From Candidatus Methylomirabilales bacterium (GTDB lineage: Bacteria; Methylomirabilota; Methylomirabilia; Methylomirabilales; CSP1-5): a DNA stretch of 64,000 nucleotides. The position numbers were made by a program, and so were the translations under genes. How positions within the stretch are numbered: position 1 is the stretch's first letter; the number at the start of each line of letters is the position of its first letter. Location of the stretch: NCBI GenBank assembly GCA_046758505.1, contig JBHIAH010000002.1, positions 59,312-123,311 on the forward strand. The letters run 5' to 3'. Below are positions 40,727-52,057 of the stretch, piece by piece. Below the pieces are notes generated by a model. The model was not told where the DNA came from. It saw nothing but the letters and a program-made list of their open reading frames with translations, and searched no databases.

Positions 40727-41875
40727 TCATTTCACCATTCGCAATCCTGAAAGAAACTCGAGCGCCTGCTCGTAGAGGGCGTCGCGACCGAGCATTTCCA
40801 GCTCGGTGCTGATGAGCTCCGCTTCGGTCTGGCCGCCGAGCCGAAAAACATTCCCGGGCAGCCTCTTCCCGGCCACCTCGACATCGGACCGCAAGTACGC
40901 GCCGTCCGCACTGCGCGAAACCCCGAACCGCACCGGCGGCCCGTCCTCGGCGATCAGGGTGAGTGCGCTCAGCCCGACGTGGGCGCCTTGCGTAGCAGGC
41001 ACGACCGTGACTTGGAGCGTAATCGGAACGGTTGCTGATACGAACTCACACCAAAGCGTCTGGTTGTCGTTCTGGCGGGACACCGACGTCGGCCGCCATC
41101 CCAGACGACTGGCCAGCCAGCATGCGATCAGGAGGGCCTGGCTGGGAATCGAGCAACGCTCGGCGTCATCCTGCCTGTACCGGATCTCCACACGGCTCAG
41201 CCGCCTGAGATAGGCACGCCATTCGGGGGCATCAAAGAGCCCGGCAACCGACGCACGCCACGGAGTGAGTCTGGACCAACTCAGGTCGCTGAACGCGGTC
41301 CGCTCCGCCGTCTGACCGATGAGCGTTCTCAGGCCAGCGAGACCGCGCTCGGCATCCGGAAACCTCTCCGAGTCAATAATCACGCGGTCGGAGGTTTTCA
41401 GCAGCTCGCCAAACAGACGAGACTCACACCTGGGAATATCACGCCACCACAAGACAACGGGAAGATCGTGCACGAGCAGCGACCGGATCATGCTGGGTAC
41501 CTGGCTCACCCCTTCGCCTTCGGCCGCGATCTTGATCTGCTCGCAGCAGATCTGTTTCCGCGCGCCGGCTGCCAGGTGACACTGGGCCGTCACCCAGGCG
41601 TCCAGGCGGGGCCCGGTCGCCTCAGAGTTGGACAGCACGACAATGATGCGACTGGGATGCTGGATGGTCACCTCAGCCATGATCTCGCCCACCTCACCAT
41701 TGCCCTGCTCGCCGGGCGCGTACGCGATCACATTCAGGACGCACACCCGCATCACCGGCTGCTGGCCTTCCCCATCGGCCGACTCAGCCATCTGCTTCCA
41801 GAGCTGCTGCAGGTCGTGCTCGATTTGCTGGGCGTTTGTGCTCATCGCGTCGGGAGATTCGTGCTCCCATCCCAC
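40727..41875 (-). CDS. opcA: glucose-6-phosphate dehydrogenase assembly protein OpcA
   Basis: Position immediately after zwf. IEHDLQQLWKQ...VMRVCVLNVIAY and HPSRIIVVL are typical OpcA N-terminal blocks. The start could be the ATG at 41845 instead of the GTG at 41875. Confidence 0.75.
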   Translation of the reverse strand: MGWEHESPDAMSTNAQQIEHDLQQLWKQMAESADGEGQQPVMRVCVLNVIAYAPGEQGNGEVGEIMAEVTIQHPSRIIVVLSNSEATGPRLDAWVTAQCHLAAGARKQICCEQIKIAAEGEGVSQVPSMIRSLLVHDLPVVLWWRDIPRCESRLFGELLKTSDRVIIDSERFPDAERGLAGLRTLIGQTAERTAFSDLSWSRLTPWRASVAGLFDAPEWRAYLRRLSRVEIRYRQDDAERCSIPSQALLIACWLASRLGWRPTSVSRQNDNQTLWCEFVSATVPITLQVTVVPATQGAHVGLSALTLIAEDGPPVRFGVSRSADGAYLRSDVEVAGKRLPGNVFRLGGQTEAELISTELEMLGRDALYEQALEFLSGLRMVK

Positions 41876-41915
41876 GTGCGTTCTCTGGTCCCTTCCTGCC
41901 TTTTTGCTCTCCGCA

Positions 41916-43454
41916 CTACGGAATCCTCCACCGGCGGCCGTCTCGTTCGATCAGTTCGGCCGCCACCTTCGGCCCCCAGGTCCCAGCTTCGTAGTTGGGG
42001 AAACTCATGGCCGATCGCTGCCACGCCTCGAGAATGGGCATCGCCAGCTCCCAGGCGACTTCGACCATGTCGCCCCTGGCGAACAGGGTGGAATCCCCCA
42101 CCATGCCATCCAGCAAGAGCCGCTCGTACGCCTCAGGCAACTTCCTGCCAAACGAGGTCCCATAATGAAAATCCATCGTGACCGGCCGGATATGAAATGT
42201 CTGGCCCGGCATCTTGGCACTGAATTTGAGCGAGATACCTTCGTCCGGCTGAATCCGCACGATGAGGGCATTGGGTTCCAAAGGGCCACTCCTCGTGTGT
42301 TTGAATAAGAGATGCGGGGCGCGCCGAAACTGGATGGCCACCTCAGTGACTCGCTTGGGCAACCGCTTGCCGGTCCGGAGGTAGAATGGGACGTCGGCCC
42401 AGCGCCAGTTGTCGATGAGCAGCTTCACCGCGGCATAGGTCTCGGTGTTCGATCCAGGGCTCACGCCCTCTTCATCTCGGTATCCCCGGACTGGCTGCCC
42501 CCCCACGGATCCCGCACCATACTGGCCGCACACCGCGAAGTGCCCCACCTCCTCGGCCGTGATGGGGCGGATCGCCCGCACCAGTTTCGTCTTTTCGTCG
42601 CGGACAGCGTTGGCCTCCATGGCCGCCAGGGGTTCCATTGCGACGTGCGCCAGCACCTGGAGGAGGTGATTCTGAATCATATCCCGGAACGCCCCCGCCT
42701 GTTCGTAATATCCGCCGCGACCCTCGACGCCAATACTTTCGGCCGCGCTGATTTGCACGTGGTCGATGTAGCGCCGATTCCAGATCGGCTCGAAGATCCC
42801 GTTGGCGAACCGTAGCACCATGATGTTTTGCACGGTTTCCTTACCCAGGTAGTGATCGATGCGGTAGATCTGATCCTCCGCGAAGACCGCCAGCACCTCC
42901 CGGTTCAACGCCCGGGCCGTTTCGAGATCCTGACCGAATGGTTTCTCAATGATGACACGGGTCCAGCCTCCGTTGGACGAGCGATTCAACCCCGTGACGC
43001 CAATCAGCTGGATGATCTGACGGTAGAGGCTCGGGGGCGTTGAGATATAAAATAATCGATTGCCACCGGTTCCCCGTTCGCGGTCGATTTGGGCCAACAA
43101 CTCGGTCAGCGCGGCGTAGCTCTCCGGCCTTGTGGAGTCGGTCGGCGTGTAGAAGAGCCCAGCGGCGAAACTCTCCCAGACAGCGCTATCGGTGGCAGCG
43201 GCGTTGGAGAAACGATCGACGGCAACGCGCATCTCAGCTCGAAAGGTCTCGTGGTTCATCGGAGTTCGCCCGGTGCCCACGATGGAAAACCCACCGGCCA
43301 GGAGATTCTGCTGAGCCAAACGGTACAGGGCGGGGACGAGCTTCCGTTTCGTCAAGTCTCCGGAGGCGCCAAAGATGACGACCACGCAGGGCTCCGCGGT
43401 GCGGTCTACGCGCAAGCCCTCGCGCAATGGATTTTCAAATACCGCTGCGTCCAT
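41916..43454 (-). CDS. zwf: glucose-6-phosphate 1-dehydrogenase
   Basis: VIFGASGDLTKRKLVPALYRL, active-site RIDHYLGKE, and WRWADVPFYLRTGKRL. Confidence 0.93.
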   Translation of the reverse strand: MDAAVFENPLREGLRVDRTAEPCVVVIFGASGDLTKRKLVPALYRLAQQNLLAGGFSIVGTGRTPMNHETFRAEMRVAVDRFSNAAATDSAVWESFAAGLFYTPTDSTRPESYAALTELLAQIDRERGTGGNRLFYISTPPSLYRQIIQLIGVTGLNRSSNGGWTRVIIEKPFGQDLETARALNREVLAVFAEDQIYRIDHYLGKETVQNIMVLRFANGIFEPIWNRRYIDHVQISAAESIGVEGRGGYYEQAGAFRDMIQNHLLQVLAHVAMEPLAAMEANAVRDEKTKLVRAIRPITAEEVGHFAVCGQYGAGSVGGQPVRGYRDEEGVSPGSNTETYAAVKLLIDNWRWADVPFYLRTGKRLPKRVTEVAIQFRRAPHLLFKHTRSGPLEPNALIVRIQPDEGISLKFSAKMPGQTFHIRPVTMDFHYGTSFGRKLPEAYERLLLDGMVGDSTLFARGDMVEVAWELAMPILEAWQRSAMSFPNYEAGTWGPKVAAELIERDGRRWRIP

Positions 43455-43496
43455 CCTCCACGCCCTTGCCGGTCGTCGCCAGGGGGCATCGGGCAG

Positions 43497-44990
43497 TCAG
43501 TCCGACGTCACCGGCGACTCTCCAGTGAGACCGACCCAATCCGTATGTATCGGGCCCTGCTCGGGTTTGTCCGTGCGCTCGTACAGATGAGCACCAAAGA
43601 AATCCCGCTGGGCCTGTGTCAGGTTCTGCGGAAGATTCGCCGTCCGATAGGTATCAAAGTAGGCCAGGCTGGCCGACATCGCCATGAGCGGGATGCCCAG
43701 GCTCTGGCCGACCGCGACGGTTTGGCGCCACCGCGGCTGCGCCTCGGTCACCCATGCCGCAAAGTCGGGGTCCAGCAGCACGTTGGGCAAGTCGGGCCGG
43801 CTCCGAAATGCCTGTTTGATTTTATCCAGAAACTGCGCCCGGATGATGCACCCCCCCTTCCAGATGCGGCTCAACTCGCCGAGATCAATGCCCCATCGGT
43901 ATGCCTGCGAGCCCGCACGGATGAGCGCCATCCCCTGCGCGTACGAGCAGATCTTGCTCGCATACAGTGCATCGTGAACACCGGTAATCAATTCCTGGCG
44001 GTCACCGGTAAAGCGCGCCTGCTGCGGACCGGCGATCTGTCGACTGGCGTTCACCCGTTCCGCCTTGGCATGGGAGAGCATGCGGGCTTCAATGGCTGCG
44101 TGGATCGTGGGGATGGGGACGCCGAGCTCGAGCCCAATCGCCGAGGTCCACCGACCCGTCCCCTTCTCACCTGCTGCGTCGAGGATCAGATCGACCAAAG
44201 GCTTTCCGGTCTCTTCATCCGTAACCGTGAAAATCTTCGCGGTGATCTCAATCAGATACGAGTTGAGCATGCCCGCGTTCCACTCGGCAAAGATGTCGCC
44301 CAGCTGGTTGGCCCCGAGGCCCAAAGCGTGGCGCAGAATATCGTACGCCTCGGCAATGAGCTGCATGTCACCGTATTCGATGCCGTTGTGAACCATCTTG
44401 ACGAAATGGCCCGCCCCGTCGGGGCCGATATACGTGACACAGGGGCCGTCATCGACCTGGGCCGCGATGGCCTCGAAGACGGGGCGAATTTCCTCGTAGG
44501 CTTCCCGCGTGCCGCCGGGCATCAATGAGGGTCCCCATCGCGCCCCCGTTTCGCCCCCCGAGACACCCGTGCCAACGAAGCGAAGGCCGTCGACCGCCAT
44601 GTCTTTCTCGCGGCGCTGCGTATCCTGAAAGCGGGAGTTCCCGCCATCAATGATGATGTCGCCTTTTTCGAGATACGGCTTCACCTGGTCGATCGTCCAG
44701 TCCACCGGGGCGCCGGCCCGGATCATCATCATGATCTTGCGTGGTCGCGCGAGGGCACCAACGAAGTCCTGAATCGATGTCGTGCCAATTACCCGTTTCC
44801 CATGGGCCTTTCTCTGCACGAACTCATCGACCCATTCGGGTTCACGATTCCACACGACGACCGGATACCCGTTGCGCTCGACGTTCAGGGCGAGGTTCTG
44901 TCCCATCACCCCGAGTCCAATGATTCCAAATGCGGCCGTTCCGCGTTTTGCGCCGGCTGCCGACATCTCTGTCACCCTCTTGTCGGACAC
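43497..44990 (-). CDS. gnd: 6-phosphogluconate dehydrogenase (decarboxylating)
   Basis: FGIIGLGVMGQNLALNVERNGY, IIDGGNS, GTGVSGGETGAR and IIRAQFL. An alternative ATG at 44966 would remove the 19-nt overlap with tal-pgi. Confidence 0.92.
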   Translation of the reverse strand: MSDKRVTEMSAAGAKRGTAAFGIIGLGVMGQNLALNVERNGYPVVVWNREPEWVDEFVQRKAHGKRVIGTTSIQDFVGALARPRKIMMMIRAGAPVDWTIDQVKPYLEKGDIIIDGGNSRFQDTQRREKDMAVDGLRFVGTGVSGGETGARWGPSLMPGGTREAYEEIRPVFEAIAAQVDDGPCVTYIGPDGAGHFVKMVHNGIEYGDMQLIAEAYDILRHALGLGANQLGDIFAEWNAGMLNSYLIEITAKIFTVTDEETGKPLVDLILDAAGEKGTGRWTSAIGLELGVPIPTIHAAIEARMLSHAKAERVNASRQIAGPQQARFTGDRQELITGVHDALYASKICSYAQGMALIRAGSQAYRWGIDLGELSRIWKGGCIIRAQFLDKIKQAFRSRPDLPNVLLDPDFAAWVTEAQPRWRQTVAVGQSLGIPLMAMSASLAYFDTYRTANLPQNLTQAQRDFFGAHLYERTDKPEQGPIHTDWVGLTGESPVTSD

Positions 44991-47860
44991 GGTGGCTGCT
45001 CCGGCAGCGCCTCCCGCACGGCGCCGAGCAGCGTGGTTAATCCGGCCTCGACATCCTGCCCCAGGTGGACGCGAATCGCCCGCCGATGACGGTTCGAAAG
45101 CGACTGAAAGTCCCCGAGGGCCTGGGCCTTCTTCAGCACGCCAAAGGTGTACGGCTCGGCGGGAATCGGAAGATCCACGGCGTCATCAGCCGTGATCTGA
45201 ATGAAGACCCCGCGATCGGGGCCCCCCTTGTGCAGCTGGCCCGTGGAGTGCAGGAAGCGGGGCCCGTAGCCGACCGTTGTCGCCGTCTTGAGTGTGTCGC
45301 GAATGTGTATGCGGATTGCCTGCAACAGGGCTTCGTGCGCCGCCGTCTCCTGGATATAGGCCGTCAACGCGACGTAATCGCCGGCCCCAACCCGGGCTAA
45401 GTGTGCCCGTACAGCGGCAGCCAGCGATCCCGTCACCCCCTGAAGCGCCGTCCGCGTCCCTGCGTCGCCATAGATGCGGCATCCGTCCCCCTCGATGACC
45501 ATGTCCTCCTCGGGAAGTCTCCCCGTCGTGCGGTACACCTCCAGCAGATGCGTCGTATTGTCCTTACTCTCCTGCACGTTGGGCTGGTCGAAGGCGTTAA
45601 TGCCCAGCAGCGCCCCGGCCAGCGCTGTGGCGATCTCCCAGAGGAAGAACTCTCGCCCGAGACTCAACGTATCCCGCATTACGTGGCGGACCACCGGGTG
45701 CCCCTCGCGCTCCAGGGCCTTGAGTTGAGGCTCGGTCTCCGCCCCCGACGCGTCACGCGTGGCGATGTGTACAAATACCCGATCGTTGCCATACACGCGG
45801 GGACTCCCGAGCGATTCGCCAGCCACCGGCAGGATGCCTCGGCCTTCCTTGCCCGTGCTTTCGGCGATCAGCTGCTCGACCCACAAACCGAGCGAATCAA
45901 TCGGAGGAAGCGTGAGAAGCGTGACCTTATCCCGCCCTTGCCTGGCCAGTTCGCCGAGGATTGCGCCGAGCCGCGCACCCGGGTTTTTGTCTGTCGGGAC
46001 ACAGCCGTCGCACGCTTCGGCCGCATCGACGGTCCGCTCCAGCAGTTCTCTCACATCCACTCCCATGAGCGCCGCCGGCACCAAACCGAAGTACGACAGC
46101 GCCGAGTAGCGCCCCCCGATGTCGGCCGGATTCAGGAAGACCCGTCGGAACTGCTGCTGCCGACCGATCGCCTCCAGGGGGGTGCCCGGGTCGGTGATGG
46201 CGATGAACTGCGCGCCGGGCCGACCGGCCTTCACCTGCGAGACCTTTTCGAAAAAATACTGGTAGAACATCAGCGGCTCGGTCGTCGTGCCCGACTTGCT
46301 GGCAACGATGAAAAGGGTCGTGGCGATATCCACCGCACGCTCCATCCACCTGACCGTCGCCGGATCAGTGCTATCCAACACCCAAAGCTGTGGATACCCC
46401 TCGACCCGCCCGAATGTCCGTCGGAAGACTTCGGGACACAAGCTGCTCCCGCCCATCCCGAGGAGCATGACGGACTGGAAACCGTCGTTGCGAACGCGCT
46501 CGGCAAAGCCCCGCAACTCGTCGGTCTGTTCCAGCATGGTCTCGGCCACCGTCAACCAGCCCAGGGCGTTCCGAATGACCCTCTGGTGGGCGGGATCGTC
46601 TTTCCACAGCGTCGGATCCTTTCGCCACAGGCGGCGGAGGAATTGCTGCTCAGCCATCCGGTGGATCGTCTTGTCCACCGCCGACGCGTACGTGCCGAGA
46701 CTGACGGGCTGGCGTTCCACGATGCTGCTCATGCTCGCGTCTCGCCTGTGTTCAATGGCCTTCAGCAGCTTTTCGAATGGTACGGCGAATGCCGTGACAC
46801 CCGCCTCGAGCAGCTGTGCCGTCACCTCACGGAGACTGATGCCGACCTCCGCGAGGGTGGCCAGTGTCTGGTGCGCACCCTCGAGGTCCTCTTCGAGCGT
46901 GAGCCGCACCCGCCCGTGATCACGAAACGCCGCGAACGTGGCCGGCGGCACCGTGTTGACCGTATCGGGGCCGATGAGTGATTCGACATACAGCACATCG
47001 CTGTAGTTCGGGTTCTTGGTCCCTGTCGAGGCCCACAGCGGTCGTTGCACGCGCCCCCCCTTGGCGTGCAGGGCGCGAAACCGCTCGCTGCCGAAAATCT
47101 CTGTGAACTTCTGATAGGCCAGCTTGGCATTGGCGGTTGCCACCTTTCCCAAGAGTGCAGACAGCGTCGCCTGCTCCGTATCGTCCGTCGAGCGCCGGAT
47201 ACGAGACTCCAACGCATTATCAACAGCCGTGTCAATCCGACTCACAAAGAAGCTGGCGACGGATGCAATGTGATCCAGGGGTTTCCCTTCGACCGCGCGG
47301 CGCTCCAGGCCCATGAGGTACGCGTTGGCCACCTGCGTGTAAACCTCCCGAGAGAAAATCAGTGTGACGTTGATGTTGATGCCGGCTGCAATGAGCTGCT
47401 CGATAGCCGGCAGCCCCTCGGGCGTCGCCGGGACCTTGATCATCACGTTGCTCCGGTCGAGGCGTTTCCACAACCGCGTGGCTTCGGAAACGGTCCCCGC
47501 CGTATCATGAGCCAGGCGTGGCGAGACTTCCAGGCTCACAAAGCCATCCCCGCCCTTGGTCCTCTCGTAGACAGGCCGGAAAAGATCGGCCGCCATCTGG
47601 ATATCCTCGACGACCAACGCCTCATACATCTCGTCGACGCTCTTCCCCTGCACCGCAAGCCTGCGGAGGGCATCATTGTAATCGGTACTGCCGTCGATGG
47701 CCTTCTCAAAAATGGCCGGATTGGAGGTCACGCCCCGGAGGTCATCCTCCTCGATCATTCGCTGCAAGTCACCCGTAACGATCAGGGCCCGGCGAATGTT
47801 GTCATACCACACACTCTGCCCATGCTTCCCCAGCTCTACGAGTGGATTCGAAGCCACCAT
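44972..47860 (-). CDS. tal: bifunctional transaldolase / glucose-6-phosphate isomerase fusion
   Basis: N-terminal transaldolase (GQSVWYDNIRR...LRGVTSNPAIFEKAI...NVMIKVPAT). C-terminal PGI domain (VMLLGMGGSSLCPEV, ASKSGTTTEP, GGRYSALS). 962 aa. Confidence 0.9.
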   Translation of the reverse strand: MVASNPLVELGKHGQSVWYDNIRRALIVTGDLQRMIEEDDLRGVTSNPAIFEKAIDGSTDYNDALRRLAVQGKSVDEMYEALVVEDIQMAADLFRPVYERTKGGDGFVSLEVSPRLAHDTAGTVSEATRLWKRLDRSNVMIKVPATPEGLPAIEQLIAAGININVTLIFSREVYTQVANAYLMGLERRAVEGKPLDHIASVASFFVSRIDTAVDNALESRIRRSTDDTEQATLSALLGKVATANAKLAYQKFTEIFGSERFRALHAKGGRVQRPLWASTGTKNPNYSDVLYVESLIGPDTVNTVPPATFAAFRDHGRVRLTLEEDLEGAHQTLATLAEVGISLREVTAQLLEAGVTAFAVPFEKLLKAIEHRRDASMSSIVERQPVSLGTYASAVDKTIHRMAEQQFLRRLWRKDPTLWKDDPAHQRVIRNALGWLTVAETMLEQTDELRGFAERVRNDGFQSVMLLGMGGSSLCPEVFRRTFGRVEGYPQLWVLDSTDPATVRWMERAVDIATTLFIVASKSGTTTEPLMFYQYFFEKVSQVKAGRPGAQFIAITDPGTPLEAIGRQQQFRRVFLNPADIGGRYSALSYFGLVPAALMGVDVRELLERTVDAAEACDGCVPTDKNPGARLGAILGELARQGRDKVTLLTLPPIDSLGLWVEQLIAESTGKEGRGILPVAGESLGSPRVYGNDRVFVHIATRDASGAETEPQLKALEREGHPVVRHVMRDTLSLGREFFLWEIATALAGALLGINAFDQPNVQESKDNTTHLLEVYRTTGRLPEEDMVIEGDGCRIYGDAGTRTALQGVTGSLAAAVRAHLARVGAGDYVALTAYIQETAAHEALLQAIRIHIRDTLKTATTVGYGPRFLHSTGQLHKGGPDRGVFIQITADDAVDLPIPAEPYTFGVLKKAQALGDFQSLSNRHRRAIRVHLGQDVEAGLTTLLGAVREALPEQPPCPTRG

Positions 47861-47883
47861 GCCCCCCTTCTGTCTTTTCGCAG

Positions 47884-48330
47884 TTACGTGTCTCGTTCTA
47901 AGTCCATTACTTTCTCGAGCCGGCGGCGATGCCGCTCGGCGCCGGAGAAGCGCGCGGCCAGGAAGGTACGGACCACCTCTTCTGCCAGCTGGGGACCAAT
48001 CACCCGAGGGCCCAGACAGAGCACGTTCGCGTCATCGTCCTCACGACTTTGACGAGCCGAGAACGTATCATGGCACAGCGCCGCACGAATACCCCGGATC
48101 TTGTTCGCCGCGATGCTGGCCCCCACACCGCTCCCGCACAAGAGCACACCGACATCGGCCTTGCGGTTCCTCAGGGCCTCCCCCACGGCCCGCGCATGGT
48201 CGGGGTAATCGGTCGGGTCTGCGTTATGCGCTCCGAGGTCCACAACGGCATGCCCTTCCCCCTTCAGCCACTCGATGATGAGACCCTTCATCGAGAATCC
48301 TGCGTGATCCGCTCCAACGGCGATCCGCAT
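47884..48330 (-). CDS. rpiB: ribose-5-phosphate isomerase B
   Basis: MRIAVGADHAGFSMKGLIIEWLKGEGHAVVDLG, and GVLLCGSGVGASIAANKIRGIRAA. Confidence 0.92.
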   Translation of the reverse strand: MRIAVGADHAGFSMKGLIIEWLKGEGHAVVDLGAHNADPTDYPDHARAVGEALRNRKADVGVLLCGSGVGASIAANKIRGIRAALCHDTFSARQSREDDDANVLCLGPRVIGPQLAEEVVRTFLAARFSGAERHRRRLEKVMDLERDT

Positions 48331-48470
48331 GCTCGCCTCCTGGCCTCGCTAGTGCTTCGATTTGCAAATACTGTGACGTATGCCGACAGGTATGTTGAAC
48401 ACCTTTGCTCGCCCGGAACGAAGTCGTGTCTGAATACGTGCGCCATCGCATTTATAAACAAACCGAAGGA

Positions 48471-50519
48471 CTAGCCTTGTTCCATCGATCCCACCGGCTG
48501 GCCGGCCAGCAGGGCCTTTGCCGCGGCGACCACGTCCGCCGTCGTAAACCCGAAATGCTCGAGGAGGTCCTTGAGCGGGGCCGACGCGCCGAAATGCCGC
48601 CGGGCGATAACCGCGCCGTCAATTCCGACATACCGACGCCAGCCAAGCGACGAGCCAGCCTCCACTGCCAGGCGCTTTCGAACCGAGGGTGGCAGCACAT
48701 GCTCACGATACGCCTGCGGCTGTGCCTCAAACAGTTCGTAAGACGCCATGTTGACGACTCGGGCCCCGACCCCCTCCGCCCTCAACCGCTCATACGCCTC
48801 TACACACCACTGCACCTCCGATCCGGAGGCGATCAAAACGATCTCGGGTGTGCCGTCGCTGTCGGCAAGCACGTAGCCCCCTTTCCGCAATTCTGACGCC
48901 GGAGCATATTTGGTCCGGTCCAGGGTCGGCAGAGCCTGCCGGCTAAGGATGAGTGCGACCGGGCGATGCCTCTGCTCCATGATGACCCGCCACGCCTCGG
49001 AGACCTCGTTGGCATCCGCCGGGCGGATCACAAGCAACTCCGGAATGGCCCGGAGTGAAACCAGATGTTCCACGGGCTGGTGCGTCGGCCCATCCTCACC
49101 GACGCCAATACTATCATGCGTGAAGATGCAGGTCACCGGGAGCTCCATGAGGGCCGACAGTCGCAAGGCCGGTCGAAGATAGTCGGAAAAAATCAGAAAG
49201 CCCGAGCCAAAGGGTCGGATCTTGCAGAGCGTCATGCCATTGAGAATCGCCCCCATGGCATGCTCCCGGATACCAAAATGGAAATTCCGCCCCCCATAGG
49301 ACCCTTTCTGGAAATCACCGCCGTCGACGATGCGCGTCTTGGTGGAGGGCGCGAGGTCCGCCGAGCCGCCAATGAGCCAGGGAACGTGGCCAGCAATCGC
49401 GTTGAGCACCTTTCCGCCGGCCTCGCGGCCGGCCAGGCCCTTGCGGTCAGCGGGAAATGACGGGATGTCGCGGTCCCAACCCTCTGGCAATTGCCCGCCT
49501 TGCATCAGCCTCCACTCCGCCGCCAGGTCTGGATGGGCCTCGACGTACGCCGCGAGCCGCTGGTTCCACTCTTCCTCCCACCGGTGACCGCGTTCGACTG
49601 CCTGGTGCATGTGCGCGGCCACTTCATCGGGCACCAGGAACTGCGCATCGGGAGGCCAGCCGTACCGCCGCTTGGTCAGCCGGATCTCTTCCTCCCCCAG
49701 CGGCTCGCCGTGCGCCCCCGACGTGTCCTGCTTGGTGGGAGCCCCGTAGGCAATATGGCTGTCCACGATGATGAGTGATGGGCGGTCGGTCTCCTTCTGC
49801 GCCGTCGCGATGGCCCGATCGAGCAACTCGAGATCGTTGGCATCCCCGACCCGCTGGACATTCCACTGAAGCGCCATGAAGCGGGCGGCCACGTCCTCGG
49901 AGAATGCCAGTGCCGTGTTGCCCTCGATGGTGATGTGATTGTTATCGTAGATCCAGATCAGCTTATGGAGCCCGAGATGTCCCGCCAACGAGGCGGCCTC
50001 CGACGAGAGACCTTCCATGAGGTCGCCGTCGCCGCAGATGGCGTAGGTGCGAAAGTCCACGATTGCGTGCCCGGGCCGATTGAAGTGTGCAGCGAGCCAT
50101 CGCTCGGCGATAGCCATGCCGACGCTGTTGGCCACGCCTTGCCCGAGGGGGCCGGTCGTCGTCTCGACGCCGGGGGTCAGTCCGTACTCCGGATGCCCGG
50201 GGCACCGGCTATCCCACTGGCGGAACTTTTTGATCTCTTCGAGCGTCAGATCATATCCCGTCAAGTGCAGCAGGCTATACAGCAGCATCGAGGCATGACC
50301 GGCCGAGAGCACGAAGCGGTCCCGGTTCGGCCAGTCCGGATGCTGCGGATGATGCCGGAGGTACCGGTCCCACAAGACGTACGCCACAGGCGCCAGGGCC
50401 ATCGGCGTCCCGGGATGACCCGACTTCGCCCTCTGCACGGCGTCCATCGACAACGTGCGGATGGTGTTGATGCACATCTGATCGAGTGTGTCATGCGTTT
50501 CCGCTCCTGTTGACGGCAT
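48471..50519 (-). CDS. tkt: transketolase
   Basis: [47 protein letters not shown] and [17 protein letters not shown]. Start chosen at the second of two ATGs, 5 nt after GGAGG. The listed ORF to 50699 is an over-extension. Confidence 0.92.
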   Translation of the reverse strand: MPSTGAETHDTLDQMCINTIRTLSMDAVQRAKSGHPGTPMALAPVAYVLWDRYLRHHPQHPDWPNRDRFVLSAGHASMLLYSLLHLTGYDLTLEEIKKFRQWDSRCPGHPEYGLTPGVETTTGPLGQGVANSVGMAIAERWLAAHFNRPGHAIVDFRTYAICGDGDLMEGLSSEAASLAGHLGLHKLIWIYDNNHITIEGNTALAFSEDVAARFMALQWNVQRVGDANDLELLDRAIATAQKETDRPSLIIVDSHIAYGAPTKQDTSGAHGEPLGEEEIRLTKRRYGWPPDAQFLVPDEVAAHMHQAVERGHRWEEEWNQRLAAYVEAHPDLAAEWRLMQGGQLPEGWDRDIPSFPADRKGLAGREAGGKVLNAIAGHVPWLIGGSADLAPSTKTRIVDGGDFQKGSYGGRNFHFGIREHAMGAILNGMTLCKIRPFGSGFLIFSDYLRPALRLSALMELPVTCIFTHDSIGVGEDGPTHQPVEHLVSLRAIPELLVIRPADANEVSEAWRVIMEQRHRPVALILSRQALPTLDRTKYAPASELRKGGYVLADSDGTPEIVLIASGSEVQWCVEAYERLRAEGVGARVVNMASYELFEAQPQAYREHVLPPSVRKRLAVEAGSSLGWRRYVGIDGAVIARRHFGASAPLKDLLEHFGFTTADVVAAAKALLAGQPVGSMEQG

Positions 50520-50887
50520 CATTGCCTCCTCATCTTCTCCCACGGGACCATGCACGGAATCCCCTACATTTAGATGCAACTTCATGGGCGCGAGGTTCAC
50601 CTCCCCCCCGGAACGCACCCTCTGCGCACGCGCCGCGCGCAAGCCCCCCTCCGCTACCCCAACCGTGCCATACTGGAGCCCCGGGGCAACCATAATCACC
50701 TTACCCCGCCGCCGGGACAGGACCGAAAGACTCTACACCCATGCTCCTTCTTTTGGGGTAGCCGAGTGACCACCGGAAAGAAGATGTCCACGAGATCCCA
50801 AGAACGTTGAACCCGATGAGAAGCCCCGATCAAGCCTTACGATGGCCGCAGGTGGAAGGTTCCGGGCTTCCCAATCCCGCCGCAGCC

Positions 50888-52057
50888 TTACTCCACCAGT
50901 TCCAGGTACTTGAGCCCCCAGCCGGTGTTCAACAACACGACCGTGGTCTCCGGTCCCACAACCCCGTCGGCGAGCAGGTGCTTGAGGGCGACCAGGGTGG
51001 CCGCCCCTTCCGGGCAGGGGAAGATCCCCTCGGCCGTGGCCATCTCTTTCATCCCCTTCACCATCTCCCCGTCCGTCACCGCCAGTGAAGTCCCGCCCGT
51101 TTCCCTGACCGCCCGCAGGATGAGGGCGTCGGCAAATGGGTGCGGCACACGCAACCCGTGCGCCACCGTCTTTGGGTTGCGCCAGGGCTGGCAGACCTCT
51201 GCCCCCTCGCGGAACGCCTTGACAATGGGCTGGCATCCCTCGGCCTGGACCGCGATGAAGCGTGGCTGGGGGCCTTCCACCCAACCTAACTCCAGTAGCT
51301 CCCGGAAGACCTTCCACATGCCGATGATGCCCGTCCCGCCGCCGGTGGGGTAGAGAATCACATCCGGCAGCCGCCAGCCCAAGTCCATCGCGATCTCGAG
51401 ACCCATGGTTTTCTTGCCTTCGACCCGGTACGGTTCCTGAAGCGTCGAGAGGTCAAAGCAGCCCTCTTCCTGGCTCTTCGCACGCGCGAGATGCCCAGCG
51501 TCACCGATGTGCCCCTCTACGAGGGTGACACGGGCGCCCGTGACCGCAGCCTCCTTTCGATTCGCCTCAGGCGCGTCCCGAGGCATAAAAAGATGCGCCT
51601 CGAGATCCGCGCGGGCGGCGTACGCAGCCAGCGCGCCCGCCGCGTTGCCTGCCGAAGGGAGCGAGAGTCGTCTGATGCCCAACTCCTTGGCCCGGGAGAC
51701 CGCCACCGTCATGCCCCTGGCCTTAAAAGTGGCTGTCGGGTTCAGCCCCTCGTCCTTAATATAAAGGTGGTGGATACCGAGCCTCTTCCCAAGGGTGACG
51801 GCCGGCAGCAAAGGCGTCACACCCTCCCCCAGGGTGACGACATGTCCGGGGTCCTGTACCGGCAGCAGTTCAAAGAATCGCCAGAGGGTGGCGGGTCGCG
51901 TTGCAAAAACCTCCCGGGACACTCCCCGCTTGAGACCCGCCACATCATACCGCGCAAACAGCGCCTTCCCGCACTTCGCGCAGGTCCGCATCGACTGCTG
52001 CGGTTGGTACTCCCCCGCGCATGCCGTGCATTCCAGGTGCGACAGGTAGCTCTTCAT
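50888..52057 (-). CDS. thrC: threonine synthase family PLP enzyme
   Basis: N-terminal Zn-ribbon-like LECTACAGEY...CAKCGKALFARYD, PLP-lysine block NPTATFKARG, and PTGGGTGIIG. Confidence 0.75.
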   Translation of the reverse strand: MKSYLSHLECTACAGEYQPQQSMRTCAKCGKALFARYDVAGLKRGVSREVFATRPATLWRFFELLPVQDPGHVVTLGEGVTPLLPAVTLGKRLGIHHLYIKDEGLNPTATFKARGMTVAVSRAKELGIRRLSLPSAGNAAGALAAYAARADLEAHLFMPRDAPEANRKEAAVTGARVTLVEGHIGDAGHLARAKSQEEGCFDLSTLQEPYRVEGKKTMGLEIAMDLGWRLPDVILYPTGGGTGIIGMWKVFRELLELGWVEGPQPRFIAVQAEGCQPIVKAFREGAEVCQPWRNPKTVAHGLRVPHPFADALILRAVRETGGTSLAVTDGEMVKGMKEMATAEGIFPCPEGAATLVALKHLLADGVVGPETTVVLLNTGWGLKYLELVE

